Below are positions 1 to 13,046 of a DNA stretch of 64,000 nt, in pieces. Positions within the stretch are counted from its first letter, which is position 1. Each line of letters starts with the position of its first letter. Where the stretch lies: contig OX597817.1 in NCBI GenBank assembly GCA_951406725.2, forward strand, positions 100,998,001 through 101,062,000. Reading direction: 5' to 3'. Origin of the DNA: Octopus vulgaris (taxonomy: Eukaryota). A program made the position numbers and the translations under genes. The notes under the pieces were generated by a model. The model ran no database searches. It was given only the letters and a program-made list of their open reading frames with translations, and was not told the origin of the DNA.

Positions 1-600
1 TATCAGTCAACATTCATCAAAACTGTTAATTTTCTCATATATACAATATATACTAAATTACTGTAACGAACTATTTAATTTGGTAATAAACTGTTTTGAG
101 TATTTGCTTGAAATATTTTAGTCTTGTTTTCTTGTTTTAGTAATCCTCATAACTGCTTCATGTATTATTTTCGATTTTTATACATTATTTTATATTGTTA
201 GTATTAGTAGAAACGTAGAGCGCTGCTGCTATATTTAGTTAGTCCCCTTTATAGTTTGACATCAATTTTCATAAACAACCAGTCAAATGCTGAGGCCCTA
301 AAACTTTGAGGTTGTATCTACATTAAATTATTCAATATCTCTTTATTACATGATGAATATATTAACCCGAATTTACAAACAATATTTGGAAAGGAGAAAT
401 TTACAACGTTTATGTTTTTCGTAAGCTTATTAGCAATGGAAGAGACGACAAATATCTTCAATAAATGATAAGCATACTATAACGATAGTATTTATGTACA
501 TGTTGAACGGCATAGAGTTAGTAGAAGTCTCTGGTGAGTCGAACTCGAGGTGTTTGTAATTCTGTTGAAGAAATTTTATTCTATTTATTAAACTGTTCTT

Positions 601-2074
601 TACGAGGGTCGGTTGAACAAAATACCCTCAGGAATGGTAACCAAATGAGGTCTATTTTTCAGCATAGTGCTCCCTTACGATCCACACACTTCTTCCATCA
701 GTGTTACAGTGCTTGGTTCACATTTATGAAGAAGCTTTCATCATATTTCTTGCTAAAGAAGTTTTTGAACAACAGGATGAAAGCTTCTTCATAAATGTGA
801 TCCAAGCACTGCAACACTGATGGAAGAAGTGTGTGGGTCGTAAGGGGGTGCTATGCTGAAAAATAGACCTCATTTGGTTACATTCCTGAGGCAGTTATAA
901 AAGATTTTGAAGACCAAATGCCCAAGAAAGTGAATAATGTTCTAGCACATAAGTCCTTGGCTTCAAAGGTTGCTGTGCATTACTGTGGATTTGAACTGGT
1001 TGATCACCCTCCCCATTCTCCTGACTTAGTCCCATCAGACAATCGACTGTTCCCCAACTGATGATGACCTCATATTTCTTGCTAAAGAAGTTTTTTAACA
1101 ACAGGATGAAAGCTTCTTCATAAATGTGATCCAAGCACTGTAACACTGATGGAAGAAGTGTGTGGATCGTAATGCACAGCAACCTTTGAAGTCAAGGACT
1201 TATGTGCTAGAACATTATTCACTTCCTTGGGCATTTGGTCTTCAAAATCTTTTATAACTCCCTCAGCAAGTTAGTACTTTACTTTCCATTGATAGTGTGG
1301 CAATTTTGAAAATAGTTAATAAACACAATGCCTTTTGCATCTCAAAAATCTAAGACCATCAGCTTCCCTGCAGATGAAACGACCTTGGCTTTCATTAGTT
1401 CAGATGAGGAAGGGTGTTTCCAGGGCATAGATTGTGTCTTTGTCTCTGGTTCAAGGTGATGAAGCCATCTTCGTTTAGGAAACGATCAAGGAAACCAGCT
1501 GGATCTGCCACAAACAATGTCAGATTTTCCCGTGGTGCGATTAATCTGGGGCGCTTTTGTGTCAGAAGACGTGGCATCCATGGAGTAGAAACCTTCGTCA
1601 AAGTTTACTGTACAGAATATTCTTAATTCTCTCATGGGTTATTTGATTTATAATCATTCATCTGTCTTCCATCATCATGTGGTGAATATCATCAACGTTT
1701 TCTTCGGTGGTGGTAGTTGCAGGACGTCCAGACGTTGGGTCGTCTTTAAGACTCTCTGCTCCCTTCCTAAATTCAGGTGCCCACGTTTGCACTGCTGGTA
1801 AAGCCGGAGCATCATCCCTTAATATGTCAACCATGTTCTTGTCTGTTAAACCTTTTTGCTTGATAACACCATGATGTCAAATTTTGTCGATTTTCAAGAG
1901 AAGTCGCTACTAGTTACTTTTGAAATCTCCTTTGAATAGTCAGATGTCAGTTTACCTGGAAAGAAATAATGCAGTTATTAAGAAATACAGTTGAAATTAA
2001 TGCACGTAAAATTTAATAGCGCTAGCATCACTTTTTTGATAGTGAGCCTATGAAAATTTCAGTCTACCCTCGTA
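601..2074 (-). mobile_element. Degenerate mariner (Tc1/mariner) DNA transposon with internal inversions
   Basis: Ends TACGAGGGTCGGTTGAA (601) and TTCAGTCTACCCTCGTA (2074) form imperfect TIRs with TA at both ends. Minus-strand peptides MTKVSTPWMPRLLT (WVPREL-like), DPAGFLDRFLNED and KAKVVSSAGKLMV..DAKGIVFINY. Plus-strand FELVDHPPHSPDLVPSD (YSPDL motif) at ~985-1040. Confidence 0.85.
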
Positions 2075-2608
2075 AAAAGACACAAAGTAAGACTAGCTTA
2101 TTTCTTATGTTTTAGTATTAAAAGTTTCCTGTTAATAATGAATACTTAAAAACCAAAACGTCTGTAAAGAACCGCTGTAGCTGACATCTCGAAGTCTGAT
2201 ATGTTTACCAATTAACCGCCTTATTTGTTTGTCTTACATTTGAGCACATAAAAATTTAGGTGTTTAAGATGTAAATTTAAAGCAAATTATAATATTCATT
2301 TTACATATATATTTTGGGCATAAAGTTCTTGAGAAGATTTATACATACAGATTTGCAAAATATATGTTTTCTTTGTTAATTAAATTGTATGTTATAGACA
2401 TGCTAAAGGTTTTGGAAATTCACGACCGGTTGTGAGGGGAAAAATGTGTTCCTACTATCATTCACTCACAATCTGTTCTAAGATATGTTGCACCGCACGT
2501 AATGTACAATCAAATTTTATAAATCTCGAATTAACTGAATTCAGACATTTAATTTATTTTTTATTGAATTTTATAGATTTCATTGAAGTGAAAAATACAT
2601 AACCGTAT

Positions 2609-2697
2609 TTGTATCTATTCATTCATCTATCTATCTATCTGTCTGTCTGTCTGCTTGCCTGCCTGTCTGTCTGTCTGTATACATATGTATCGGGAGA

Positions 2698-2729
<32 letters not shown>

Positions 2730-2764
2730 CAGGGAGAGGGGTATATACATACATACATATATAC

Positions 2765-2808
<44 letters not shown>

Positions 2809-2977
2809 ACATGCAAATATGTGCCAACATACGCATACCTACATAAATACATACACACACACACACGCATATATATATGTATGTATTAATGTAAGTATGA
2901 GTATTCATATATATAATTATATATCTATAGATATCTATGCACACACAAACACACACACACAACGACATACACACACA

Positions 2978-3016
<39 letters not shown>

Positions 3017-3026
3017 AGAGAGTGTA

Positions 3027-3099
<73 letters not shown>

Positions 3100-3100
3100 A
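2609..3100. repeat. Compound microsatellite (TCTA, TCTG, CG, GA, TACA, TA, TG)
   Basis: Directly visible simple repeats; the ORFs here are low-complexity artefacts. Confidence 0.95.
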
Positions 3101-3237
3101 CACCACAGAGCGAATCAATTCTGTATAAGGGTATAATTGTATGTAAATTGTATGTGAACTACTTGATATTTAGGGTCCGCCTTCTTATTCGATAGGTTTT
3201 TTTAATTTGTTAGTTTTTTTAACAAAAATTTTATATC

Positions 3238-4808
3238 TGCAGTCCCTCTGACCAGCCTCTGGAGAAATTCTTTAGACTCAGGTTATATACCGAAACAGCT
3301 CCTACCCCAGTCTGTCATCCCAGTTTTCAAACAGGGAAACAGACCCCTGGCAGTCAACTATCATCCAATCTCACTCACCTCCAACATCATTGCAGTGTTT
3401 GAAAGAGTGGTAAGATCAAGGATAGCTGACTTCCTGGAGACCCACAAACTCCTAAATGTAAATCAGCATGGCTTTCGCTGTGGCAGTGACTGTCTAACAC
3501 AGCTCTTACACCACATTAAAGATATACTCATAGCCTTGGGAACAGGTTCGAACTCTGATGTCATATATCTTAACTTTACTAAAGCGTTTGACAGGGTTGA
3601 CCATCTCAAAATTGGCAAATGTTGGAATCCGTGGAAAACTTCTGCACTGGATTGAGTATTTCCTGGTGAATAGAACACAAAATGTTGTGGTCGATGGAGT
3701 CCACTCAAGCCCAGCAAAAGTCACTAGTGGTGTCACTCAGGGGACTGTCTTAGGCCCGCTCTTCTTTAAAATTTACATAAATGACCTTTCCAGCGTCGTA
3801 AATCACTGCAAAGTGAAAATATTTGCTGATGACACTAAGCTCCAGTAAATCATCAATGAAGAAGAAGACCGAACACAACTCCAGTCTGATCTATAAGCTG
3901 TGAGTCAATGGGCAGACAAAAACAAAATGCAACTGAACGAGGGAAAATTTGAGCTGATGCATTTTGGAAGAAAGTCTATAGTAAAACAGCCATATTTTCT
4001 TCCTTCAGGGGAACCGCTCACGGCATTTAATAATATCAGAGACCTGGGCGTAATTGTAGATAACAATCTCAGTTGGAGTGCTCACATCAACAATAAGGTC
4101 GATATAGCTCGTAGGATGAGCTCCTGGATCTTAAGAACCTTCCGGTCCAGAGAACAAGGAGTCATCATTCCACTTTTCTCCTCCTTTGTGTGGCCACACC
4201 TCGAATACTGCTGCCCCTTGTGGTCTCCCCATACAAAACTAAACATCTCGAGGATTGAATCACCCAGAGGGCACTCACTAAAGGAATTGAAGGCATGACT
4301 GATCTCGATTATTGGGACCGCCTTAAAGCCTTGAAACTCTACTCTCTCCAGCGCCGCCGCGAGCAGTACATCATTTGCACGATGTGGAGAATATACCGCC
4401 AGCATTGCCCAGACGACCTGAATGTTAGTTTTAAGGTTCATCCAAGGCTGGGACCACGGGCTATACGTCCCCTGTCCAATTCAGGATCACAATATATAGG
4501 TACACTGCGACGCAATTTCTTTTCCTCAACAGGCCCTGCCCTGTTTAACATTGTCCTGAAAGAGATCAAAGAGGAAAAGGATTTCATCACCTTTAAACGG
4601 AGTCTGGACAAGTAATACCGGATAAGCCACCCATACCTGGGTATAACTCACTCAACAAGAACTCACAACTTGAATAGACCATAAACAAAACTTGACTTAA
4701 ACAGGATTTAGATAATCCTATCAGGTGGTGCTATTAAGTTAGACATGGCCTGGACCAATCTTTGGTTGAAACATATCTAAGTCCATCTAAGTTTATCTAA
4801 GTTTATCT
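3238..4808 (+). mobile_element. 5'-truncated CR1/L2-group LINE, RT pseudogene
   Basis: RT motifs across frameshifts: NQHGFR, DVIYLNFTKAFDRVDH, SGVTQGTVLGPLFF, FADDTKL, RDLGVIVD, PHLEYCCPLWSP, LYSLQRRR. The 3' end is a 10-nt tandem tail (ATCTAAGTTT)-like at ~4773-4808. Confidence 0.9.
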
Positions 4809-4827
4809 ATGTGGGTGTGTGTGTGTG

Positions 4828-6940
4828 TATAGGTGTGGAAGTATGTGTGCGTACATGTGCATGTACGTTGTGTGTGTGTGGTGTGTTGGGAGTAGGTGTG
4901 TTCGTGGGTACGTATGTGTGTGTGTGTGACTGCATAAGGACAATTATAAAAATTAAAAAATAGAAAATAGAAAATAAATAATAATATATAAAAAATAAAT
5001 AAAAAAAGATGCTCGTGGGGAGAAGTGGAGCGCAGTCACTAAGAGGAGGGGGCTGTGTTGAGTCCGTGTGGGGTTAGAGTCTGTAGAAGGAATATGAGCC
5101 GTTGCTCCAGGTTGTCAGACCGATTCGCCGAACATCTGAGGGATGTTCGTCTACTTTCCAATTCTCCCGTCTCACGTCACTTCCGCTCGGCCAGCCATTT
5201 CCCCGATGACATCTCGGTGTTTGGTCTTGCCCCACACAACGGCTCTCCACAATCTAGGCTTCACTTGGAGCAACGACTCATATTCCTTGTACAGACTCTA
5301 ACCCCACACGGACTCAACACAGCCCCCCTCCTCTTAGTGACTGCGCTCCACTTCTACCCACTAGCATCTTTTTTTATTTATTATTTATATATTATTATTT
5401 ATTTTCTATTTTCTATTTTTTAATTTTTATAATTGTCCTTATGCAGTCACACACACACACATACTCACGTACCCACGAACACAACTACTCCCAACACACC
5501 ACACACACACAACGTACATGCACATGTACGCACACATACTTCCACACCTATATACCCCCCACCCCCACACACCCCCACGCGCACACACACACATGCCCGT
5601 GCACACACAGCAGGGACAATACTCATACAGATACGCACACTCCTATAAACACCTAGCTGAGACGCACAGATACACGCACGTAAGCGCACACACGCACACA
5701 AGCACGCGCATGTACCTTACGCCCACACAACTCACCCCCCCCCACACGCATACATTCACACACACATACATACGTACACACACATAATACATACATAGAT
5801 ACATTCATACATACATACATACACACACACGCATACATACATACATACATACATTCATACATACATACACACACACATGCATACATACACACATACATAC
5901 ACACACATACACATATGCACACATACATACACACATACATACATACATACATACACATACATACACATACACACATACATACACACACACATACCCACAC
6001 ACACGCACGCACACATACATACACACACATACATACATACATATACACACGTACACACATACATACATACATACATACATACACACATACATACACACAT
6101 ACACACACACACAATCATACATACACACACATACACACACACATACACATACACACACACATACACACACATACACACATACACACACATACATATACAT
6201 ACATACATACACACATACACACATACACGAATACACACATACATACACACACACATACACACATACATAGATACATAAACACACACACACATACATATAC
6301 ATACATACACACACACATACATATACACACATACGTACACACACGCACATACACACATACACGCATGCACACATACATATATACACATACATACACACAC
6401 ATACATACGCACATACATACACACGAACACACACATGCACACACACACACATGATACATATACCCCTTTGTTTTTTGACCTGGCTTTGACCTGGCTGGAT
6501 ATAAACGAGCCAGCTTGTCATAAAGGAGTGCCTTATGACAGCTAACTTGCCATTGCTTATTATTCACCACACATACACACACACACACACACACACGCAC
6601 GCACAAACACACTTGACATCCTTGCACACACACACACACACACGCACCCACACACATTCCCTTTTTTTGAAACTCTCTTGCTTTTAAAAATCATGATTCG
6701 TCTACCTCTCAACTTCGGTTCTTTCAACATGTGGTCTCTTGAGCACCACCAGCGAAAATATTTTTTCCTCTGTCTTCCCTTCTTGGGATCTTTCCTTCTC
6801 CTTGATTCCGACGAAGAGCTCCGCTCGAAACGTTAAACCCTCCTTCCCTTCTTTCCTGAGCGTCAATAATACTTTAATTGTTCCACGTCCTCGCGTTGCT
6901 GTGTTTTTTTCTCTTTTTTTCTGTGTTTTCTTGTTTGGAT

Positions 6941-6945
<5 letters not shown>
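4828..6945 (+). mobile_element. Penelope-like element 3' fragment (GIY-YIG C-terminus, inverted pLTR segment, microsatellite UTR)
   Basis: 5110-5320 encodes RLSDRFAEHLRDVR..SPVSRHF..SH..LEQRLIFLVQTLTPHGLN, typical of the PLE GIY-YIG C-terminus. 4828-5109 is an inverted copy of 5266-5552. Hammerhead motif near the 3' end, which runs into (TA)n. Confidence 0.8.
6805..6867 (+). ncRNA. Type I hammerhead ribozyme-like motif (core variant CCGACGA)
   Basis: ATT-CCGACGA-A-GAGC(tcc)GCTC-GAAA-CGTT...AGC-GTC-AAT: stem II GAGC/GCTC, stem III ACGTT/AGCGT, GUC triplet, 3-bp stem I. Confidence 0.6.
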
Positions 6946-6998
<53 letters not shown>

Positions 6999-7110
6999 TC
7001 TGTGTGATTGCTAACTTAGATTTTTGATATTCTTCATGTCCGAACTTAGTTTAAATAGTTATCTGTGCATAAAAATCAACAACATTCATACTTCAGTATC
7101 AAAAAAATTA

Positions 7111-7156
7111 CCTCTGACGAACTAAATATATCTTACAAGTGAAACAAGGTAGAAGG
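7111..7156 (+). ncRNA. Degenerate hammerhead-like motif
   Basis: CCT-CTGACGA-ACT...AGT-GAAAC-AAG-GTA-GAAGG; intact core, 3-bp stem II, stem I out of register; lies between (TA) tracts. Confidence 0.35.
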
Positions 7157-7536
7157 CTACCATATATATATTTGAGAAGTACAGATAGAAATGTAACGTC
7201 AAAGTAAACAAGTTGAAATTGAAAATGATAGAATACACAAGCCTTTCTAGGAAACGTTGGTAATTCCGTAGGAGCTAGTCTTGTATTGAATACAAATAGA
7301 ATATATATAGAATTCTGAAAGTAATTCATTATTCAATTGAAATATTTGCTAAATTAATTATATATTCTGTAATTATTGTCAGTTTTGTTTGAAATATTTG
7401 AAAAATGTAAGTTCTTTATAACTGATAGACCTAAGAAGAGGTGTATAACAAATACAATAAGTAATTAATTTAAACGACACTGTCTTCATTTTCAGTATAA
7501 GAAGCATATAAGAAACTGAAACATTGTTTATGCTAT

Positions 7537-7646
<110 letters not shown>

Positions 7647-8152
7647 GTTTGTCTGTCTATCTGTCTCTCTGTCTGTCTGCCTTACAGCCTGTCTGTCTCT
7701 GTGTATGTGTATGTTTGTTATGTTGGTGTGTGTGTGTGAACGCGCGTGTTGTGAGAATTCTGAGAGCCTCACTTAATGTTAATGTTGAGTACCTTTCTGA
7801 TGTACCCTAGGAAGTCAACATTTTTCAGTGTTTTTGTTTTTTTTTTGTTTTTAAGTGAGGAGATTTTTTCAAAAAATGCATTCATTCCACCAAAGTGTGG
7901 GAAGAATATCTTGGCGCCCTATTTTTATGTTATGTTTTAGTGAACAAGAGAATCGCTGGTTTTAGGTTTTCAACCGGTCAACTATTAATTCACTGCATTT
8001 CTCATTGTGCGAGTGTCAAACATGCATAATATAAAATTCTGCAATATATATATATTGTATATGTGTGTGTGTGTGTGTGCGTGTTTGTGTGTATGTGTGT
8101 GGAATAATGATAATAATAATAATAATAATAATAAATAGTAATATTAATAATG

Positions 8153-8229
<77 letters not shown>

Positions 8230-8781
8230 TGGAAGCTATGCCAACATTATGGAATAACAACAGAAAAAAGATGGTATAGGCACACACCAGAAAAGGTCAC
8301 AGAAAACGAGAAAGCAACCATACTCTGGGATATGCCGATACACACAGATAGAGAAATTAAGGCCAACAGACCAGATATAGTTGTCAGAGATCATGAAGAA
8401 AAAAATGCTTTCTAATTGATGTATCAATACCGGCAGATGACAACGTGTCTCTAAAAGAAATGGAGAAACTCTCAAAATACAAAGACCTGGAAATAGAGGT
8501 AAATAGAATGTGGAACCTGAAAACAGAAACAATTCCTATCATAGTAGGTGCATTAGGCATGATAAAAAAATATTCAGACAAATACATAACAAAAACACCA
8601 GGACTTACAAACACATATAACATAGAGAAAATTGCACTACTAGGCACTGCACACATCCTACGCAGAACACTTTCCATACAATAACCATCAGAGCATCACA
8701 ACAAATCACAGCACATACCCAAGGCACACAGAGCTGCGCTCGGTAGTGAAGTGAAAGCACGCTATAAAAATAAAACTACTG
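8230..8781 (+). mobile_element. R4/Dong-like RLE non-LTR retrotransposon, 3' fragment (family 1)
   Basis: ILWDMPIHTDREIKANRPDIVV..FLIDVSIP..EKLSKYKDL..PIIVGALG (PD-D..K RLE domain); (TAA)n on both sides; near-identical to 58008-58560. Confidence 0.9.
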
Positions 8782-8805
8782 AATAATAATAATAATAATA
8801 ATAAT

Positions 8806-9359
8806 GCCATGATGCAGTACCAGGCAGTGGCTCTCATGGCTTCTGATCTTAACTGATTGGAAGTGTTATCATGTACATTGTTTTGTCTTGGTATAAAAGA
8901 TGGGCTACAGCAAATATTCTGCTCAATACCACAGATTTGCTTGTCAGTTGTTTGACCTTAACCAGTTGAGCATGTCCCTTAGTGGCTGACGATATGTGCA
9001 TCTCTGATCACGAGCAGAAGTAGTGGGGGAGCATTATAGCCATGTGTTGAGAGGGATTCTTTGGGGTTTGAATAGTTCACCTCTGGAAACATGGGTGGTT
9101 CTTTCAACATCCTTAAACAACCCTTATTCAGGGACCGTTTGAGCGGGATGGGCTACTCAACCTGAAGACAATTCTAACTGGGCCCCACCTGCAAGGTCAT
9201 GTGCTGTTTATCTTGGTATGAGATCACCATGTCGCGCACATAGGGTTGTGATGCATGTGCCTGGTGTACCTTTATCAGACGGGTAGTCATGATGGGTATA
9301 TTGGGCTTCGTATATTTTACCCCAGTGTCACTTTGATGGCATGAACTGCTCTCTCACTC
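8806..9359. repeat. ~550-bp non-coding insert between (TAA)n tracts, probably a retroelement 3' UTR
   Basis: Higher GC than flanks, bounded by TAA repeats on both sides, no ORF; identity inferred from context only. Confidence 0.4.
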
Positions 9360-9380
9360 AATGATAATAATAATAATAAT

Positions 9381-12300
9381 GAGACATACCGCAAACTCTT
9401 ACAGTATATGGAGAACACGGAATCAAGACAGTAGGCCCTATTTGGACGAGAACAAATTGGCAAATGTGAGGAGGGATATCCTTAGAAATAACAGACTTGT
9501 CAGACAGTGAAATAAGCGCGATCAAGCACGCAACGGAAAATGACATAAATATAAGACACAAAGGAAATGAAGAATCAGATGAACAGTATAGCCCGCCACG
9601 AGGCTTAATTGAAAGACTGCCATCTGACCAAAGTATGCAAAGGCCTGAAGATACAAGAAATTCTATTGAACCTGTTAAAGATAGCCAGGAAAATGATAAA
9701 ACAACAATAACTGAAGATCTCGCATTTGCTGAAGAACACAGAGAGTCTATGGCAGAAATGAGGCAGAAAATCCTGAATACGCTTGTATTGTAAGACATAC
9801 TAGTATGAATGATAGAGAACCACTTCATAAACTCTCAAATACAAATCAAAATAAAAAACAAATCCAAATTGGCAACTATGTAACAAATGAAATAATACAA
9901 GAATTAAAACCCAATTTTACTGAGTTAATTGAAATTATTTACGCTTCTGCTAGGGCAGCTGTATGCCCCCGAAAAAACAAAGAAAACCAAACCTGGGAAG
10001 AAATCAAACCTGGAGAAGTAAAATTGAAAAAGAGATTGAATTTATGAGAGGGGAAATATCAATATTAAATGAACTAATATGTGGAAATGATGTAAAATCC
10101 AGAACAGGAAGAAAGATGAAGAGAAAATTTGGATCCTCACCAAGAGAAGAACTGATATCCATAAAAGAAACGCTAAAACAAAAAGTCCAAGCAAAAGCCC
10201 AAAGAATACGAAGATTTGAGAAGTGAAACAAGTTTTACAAGCAAAATAAGCTGTTCACATCCAATGTCAAAAAATTCTACAGAGAAATAGGGAAGGAGAA
10301 AGTAACCGTTAAAGACCCCCCCTCCCATGGAAGAAGTTCAAAAGTTTTGGAAAAGGATTTGGAGTGACAAGAAGACGTACAACATTAATGCAGACTGGAT
10401 TATACAAACTGAAGGATCCTACCAAAATTTACAACAACAAGCATGGGAAAACATCACAATAGCAGACTTAAGAAAGGCACTCACGAAGGCCCATAATTGG
10501 AAATCCCCGGTAAAGATAGGGTGCCGAATTTCTGGCTCGCACCGCTCCCATGCTAGTTCAGCTGCTCAATGGAATTATGAGAGACCCAAAGAAAACACCT
10601 GAATGGTTAGCAAGCGGTATTACTTACCTACTCCCAAAGAATAACGAAACCAACCTTCCAAAAAACTATCGGCCTATAACCTGTCTATCCACCACGTATA
10701 AAATCCTAACATCTATCCTGGCGGAGAAAACATATGCATTCATGGAGAAGAACGATATTTTCCCCATTGAACAAAAAGGGTGCCGCCGAGGCTCATACGG
10801 ATGCAAAGATCAACTGCTAATTAATCGTATGATCCTTGAGAACTGTCACAACAAGCGCAGAAATCTCAGCTCCGCATGGATTGACTATAAAAAGGCCTTC
10901 GACAGTATACCGCATCCATGGATCTTGAGATCGCTGGACATCTTCAAAATTTCCCCTGTGATTTCAAGCTTCCTGAAGCACAATATGTCGTTGTGGAATA
11001 CGAATCTCCAATTATACCACTCTAATGGAGTACTTGCCTCAGAAAATATAAACATCAACTGTGGAATTTTTCAAGGTGACTCACTTTCACCGTTAATATT
11101 CTGCATAGCCCTAATACCCCTTACAAGTGAATTAAACAGAACGGGGTATGGGTATAAAATTGCCAATAAAAAATAAACCATCTATTTTATATGGATGACT
11201 TAAAGCTCTATGGTAAAGACAATAATGAACTTGAAAGCCTATTGCGCACTGTGAAAGCATTCAGCGATGACATAGGGATAGAGTTTGGGCTTGAGAACTG
11301 TGCTAAGTCCACTTTCCAGAAAGGGAAAGTGAAGACCACAATTTCAGTCGTGTTAGATGTTGACACAGTCATAAGAGAGCTTGAGCAAGAACAAACATAC
11401 AAATATTTAGGGATAAATGAAGTCTCTGTTATTCAGCATGCAAGCATGAAAGAGAACATCAGGAAGGAATGTTATAGGAGAGTTCGTGCAGTTCTGAGAT
11501 CTGAACTAAATGCACGTAACAAGGTGTTAGCTATAAATTCCTTAGCAGTTCCAGTTGTTACTTATAGCTACAATGTGCTGAACTGGAATATGAGTGAAGT
11601 AAAGAATATAGATAGGAAAATACGCAAGCTGCTGAGTTGTAATAGGATGCACCACCCAAAGGCAGACGTAGATCGCCTTTACCTTCCCAGAGCTCAAGGA
11701 GGTCGAGGCCTGATCCAATTTGAACTAGCTTACAAAACAACCACAATTGGACTGGCCAGATATATCGAAATAACGAATGTCTGGATGCTAAAGCTCGTGG
11801 AAAATCACAAGAGACGAAAGAAGCTTCATTCTATCATAAAGGAAAGCAAAAAATGTGCTATTGATCTCGTGCAGGATACCCAAACTGAACAACCCGAGGG
11901 AGGTACGGCAACTATTGTTGCAAAGAAGGTGAAAATAATAGCAACGAAAAAAGCGCACGAGTAATTGGCTGATAGGTGGGAGGAGAAACCTCTGCACAAC
12001 AAATATGTGGCCCGCAGCAAACAAGCTGATGTTGACCAGAAGCAAACCTATCAGTGGCTACGGAGCTCAGGGCTAAAAGCAGAGAGCGAAGGTTTCATCC
12101 TGGCTGCTCAAGATCAAAGCCTATTAACCCGGAACTACCAGGCCAATGTGATGAAAAATGGAGCAGACCCAAAATGCTAATTCTGCAACGACATGATTGA
12201 AACAGTGGACCACCTAATCTCTGGATGTAAAGTCTTAGCACCAGTGGAGTATAAATTAAGACATGACAGAGTTGGCCAATATCTCCACTGGCTAATAAGT

Positions 12301-12883
12301 CGGCATTACAATATCAAAACTGCCGACAAGTGGTATAATCACCACCCTGAAGCTGTAACTGAAGGAGAAAATGTAACGATTCTGTGGGACTTTCCAGTAC
12401 ATACAGACCGAACCATCAAAGCCAATAAACCAGATATTGTTGTGAAAGACCAAAACAATAAAGTTTGCTTATTGATCGACATGAGCATCCCCTGTGATCA
12501 TAATATTTCGGCGAAAGAGGTTGTCAAGCGCAGAAAATATAAAGACCTACTCATTGAAATTGAGAAAATGTGGCATCTCAAGACGGTTACAATACCAGTG
12601 ATCGTAGGAGCGCTAGGAATGATCAAGAAGGGAACCGAAAATTATACGAGAATGATCCCTGGCTTACCATCCCAGCAAGAAGTGCAAAAGATTGTCTTAA
12701 CTGGTACATAACACGTATTGAGAAGAGCATTGTCTATGTGAGAATTATTACTACCCATGTATTTTTTAAAAAAATGATTGAGTTATTGAATGGCCTACCA
12801 ATGTATACTATGAGTTTCTTTGCCCTAGAAGTCGGGAAGGCACTCGGCAAGAAATGGAAGCAAATTTGAAAGAAGAAAAAAAA
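9381..12883 (+). mobile_element. Near full-length R4/Dong-like non-LTR retrotransposon (family 2): RT + CCHC + RLE, disrupted
   Basis: NYRPITCL, WIDYKKAFDSIPH, GIFQGDSLSPLIF, YMDDLKLY, YKYLG, C*FC..ETVDHLISGC, RHD, KPDIVV..LIDMSIP; several stops and frameshifts; begins and ends in TAA repeats. Confidence 0.92.
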
Positions 12884-12889
12884 ATAATA

Positions 12890-13045
12890 ATAGCATCGAA
12901 AAATACCTTATGAATGAGAACCCAGGTTCGAAATTTCCCCAAGAAACCTGATGAAGGCTGGAGAGTATATCAGCGGAAACGTTGTGTTAACAAACAAGAT
13001 GAGGACAAATATCCGTCAAATGTAAATAATGTAAATAATGTAAAG
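12890..13045 (+). mobile_element. Short non-coding element with minimal hammerhead-like motif and tandem (AATGTAAAT) tail
   Basis: GAAAC-CTGATGA-AGGCTG(gagagtatat)CAGCG-GAAAC-GTT-GTGTT at 12943-12988; ends AATGTAAATAATGTAAATAATGTAAA. Confidence 0.5.
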
Positions 13046-13046
13046 T

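Noticed and set aside
2697-2712. (CG)n tracts (also ~42808-42824) as Z-DNA or regulatory sites
   Set aside because: Short and embedded in compound microsatellites; no independent support.
5433-6657. Long His/Thr/Tyr- or Cys/Val/Met-rich ORFs (also 18822-23668, 25353-29829, 34149-35873)
   Set aside because: Translations of CA/TA/TACA microsatellites that are open in several frames; not genes.
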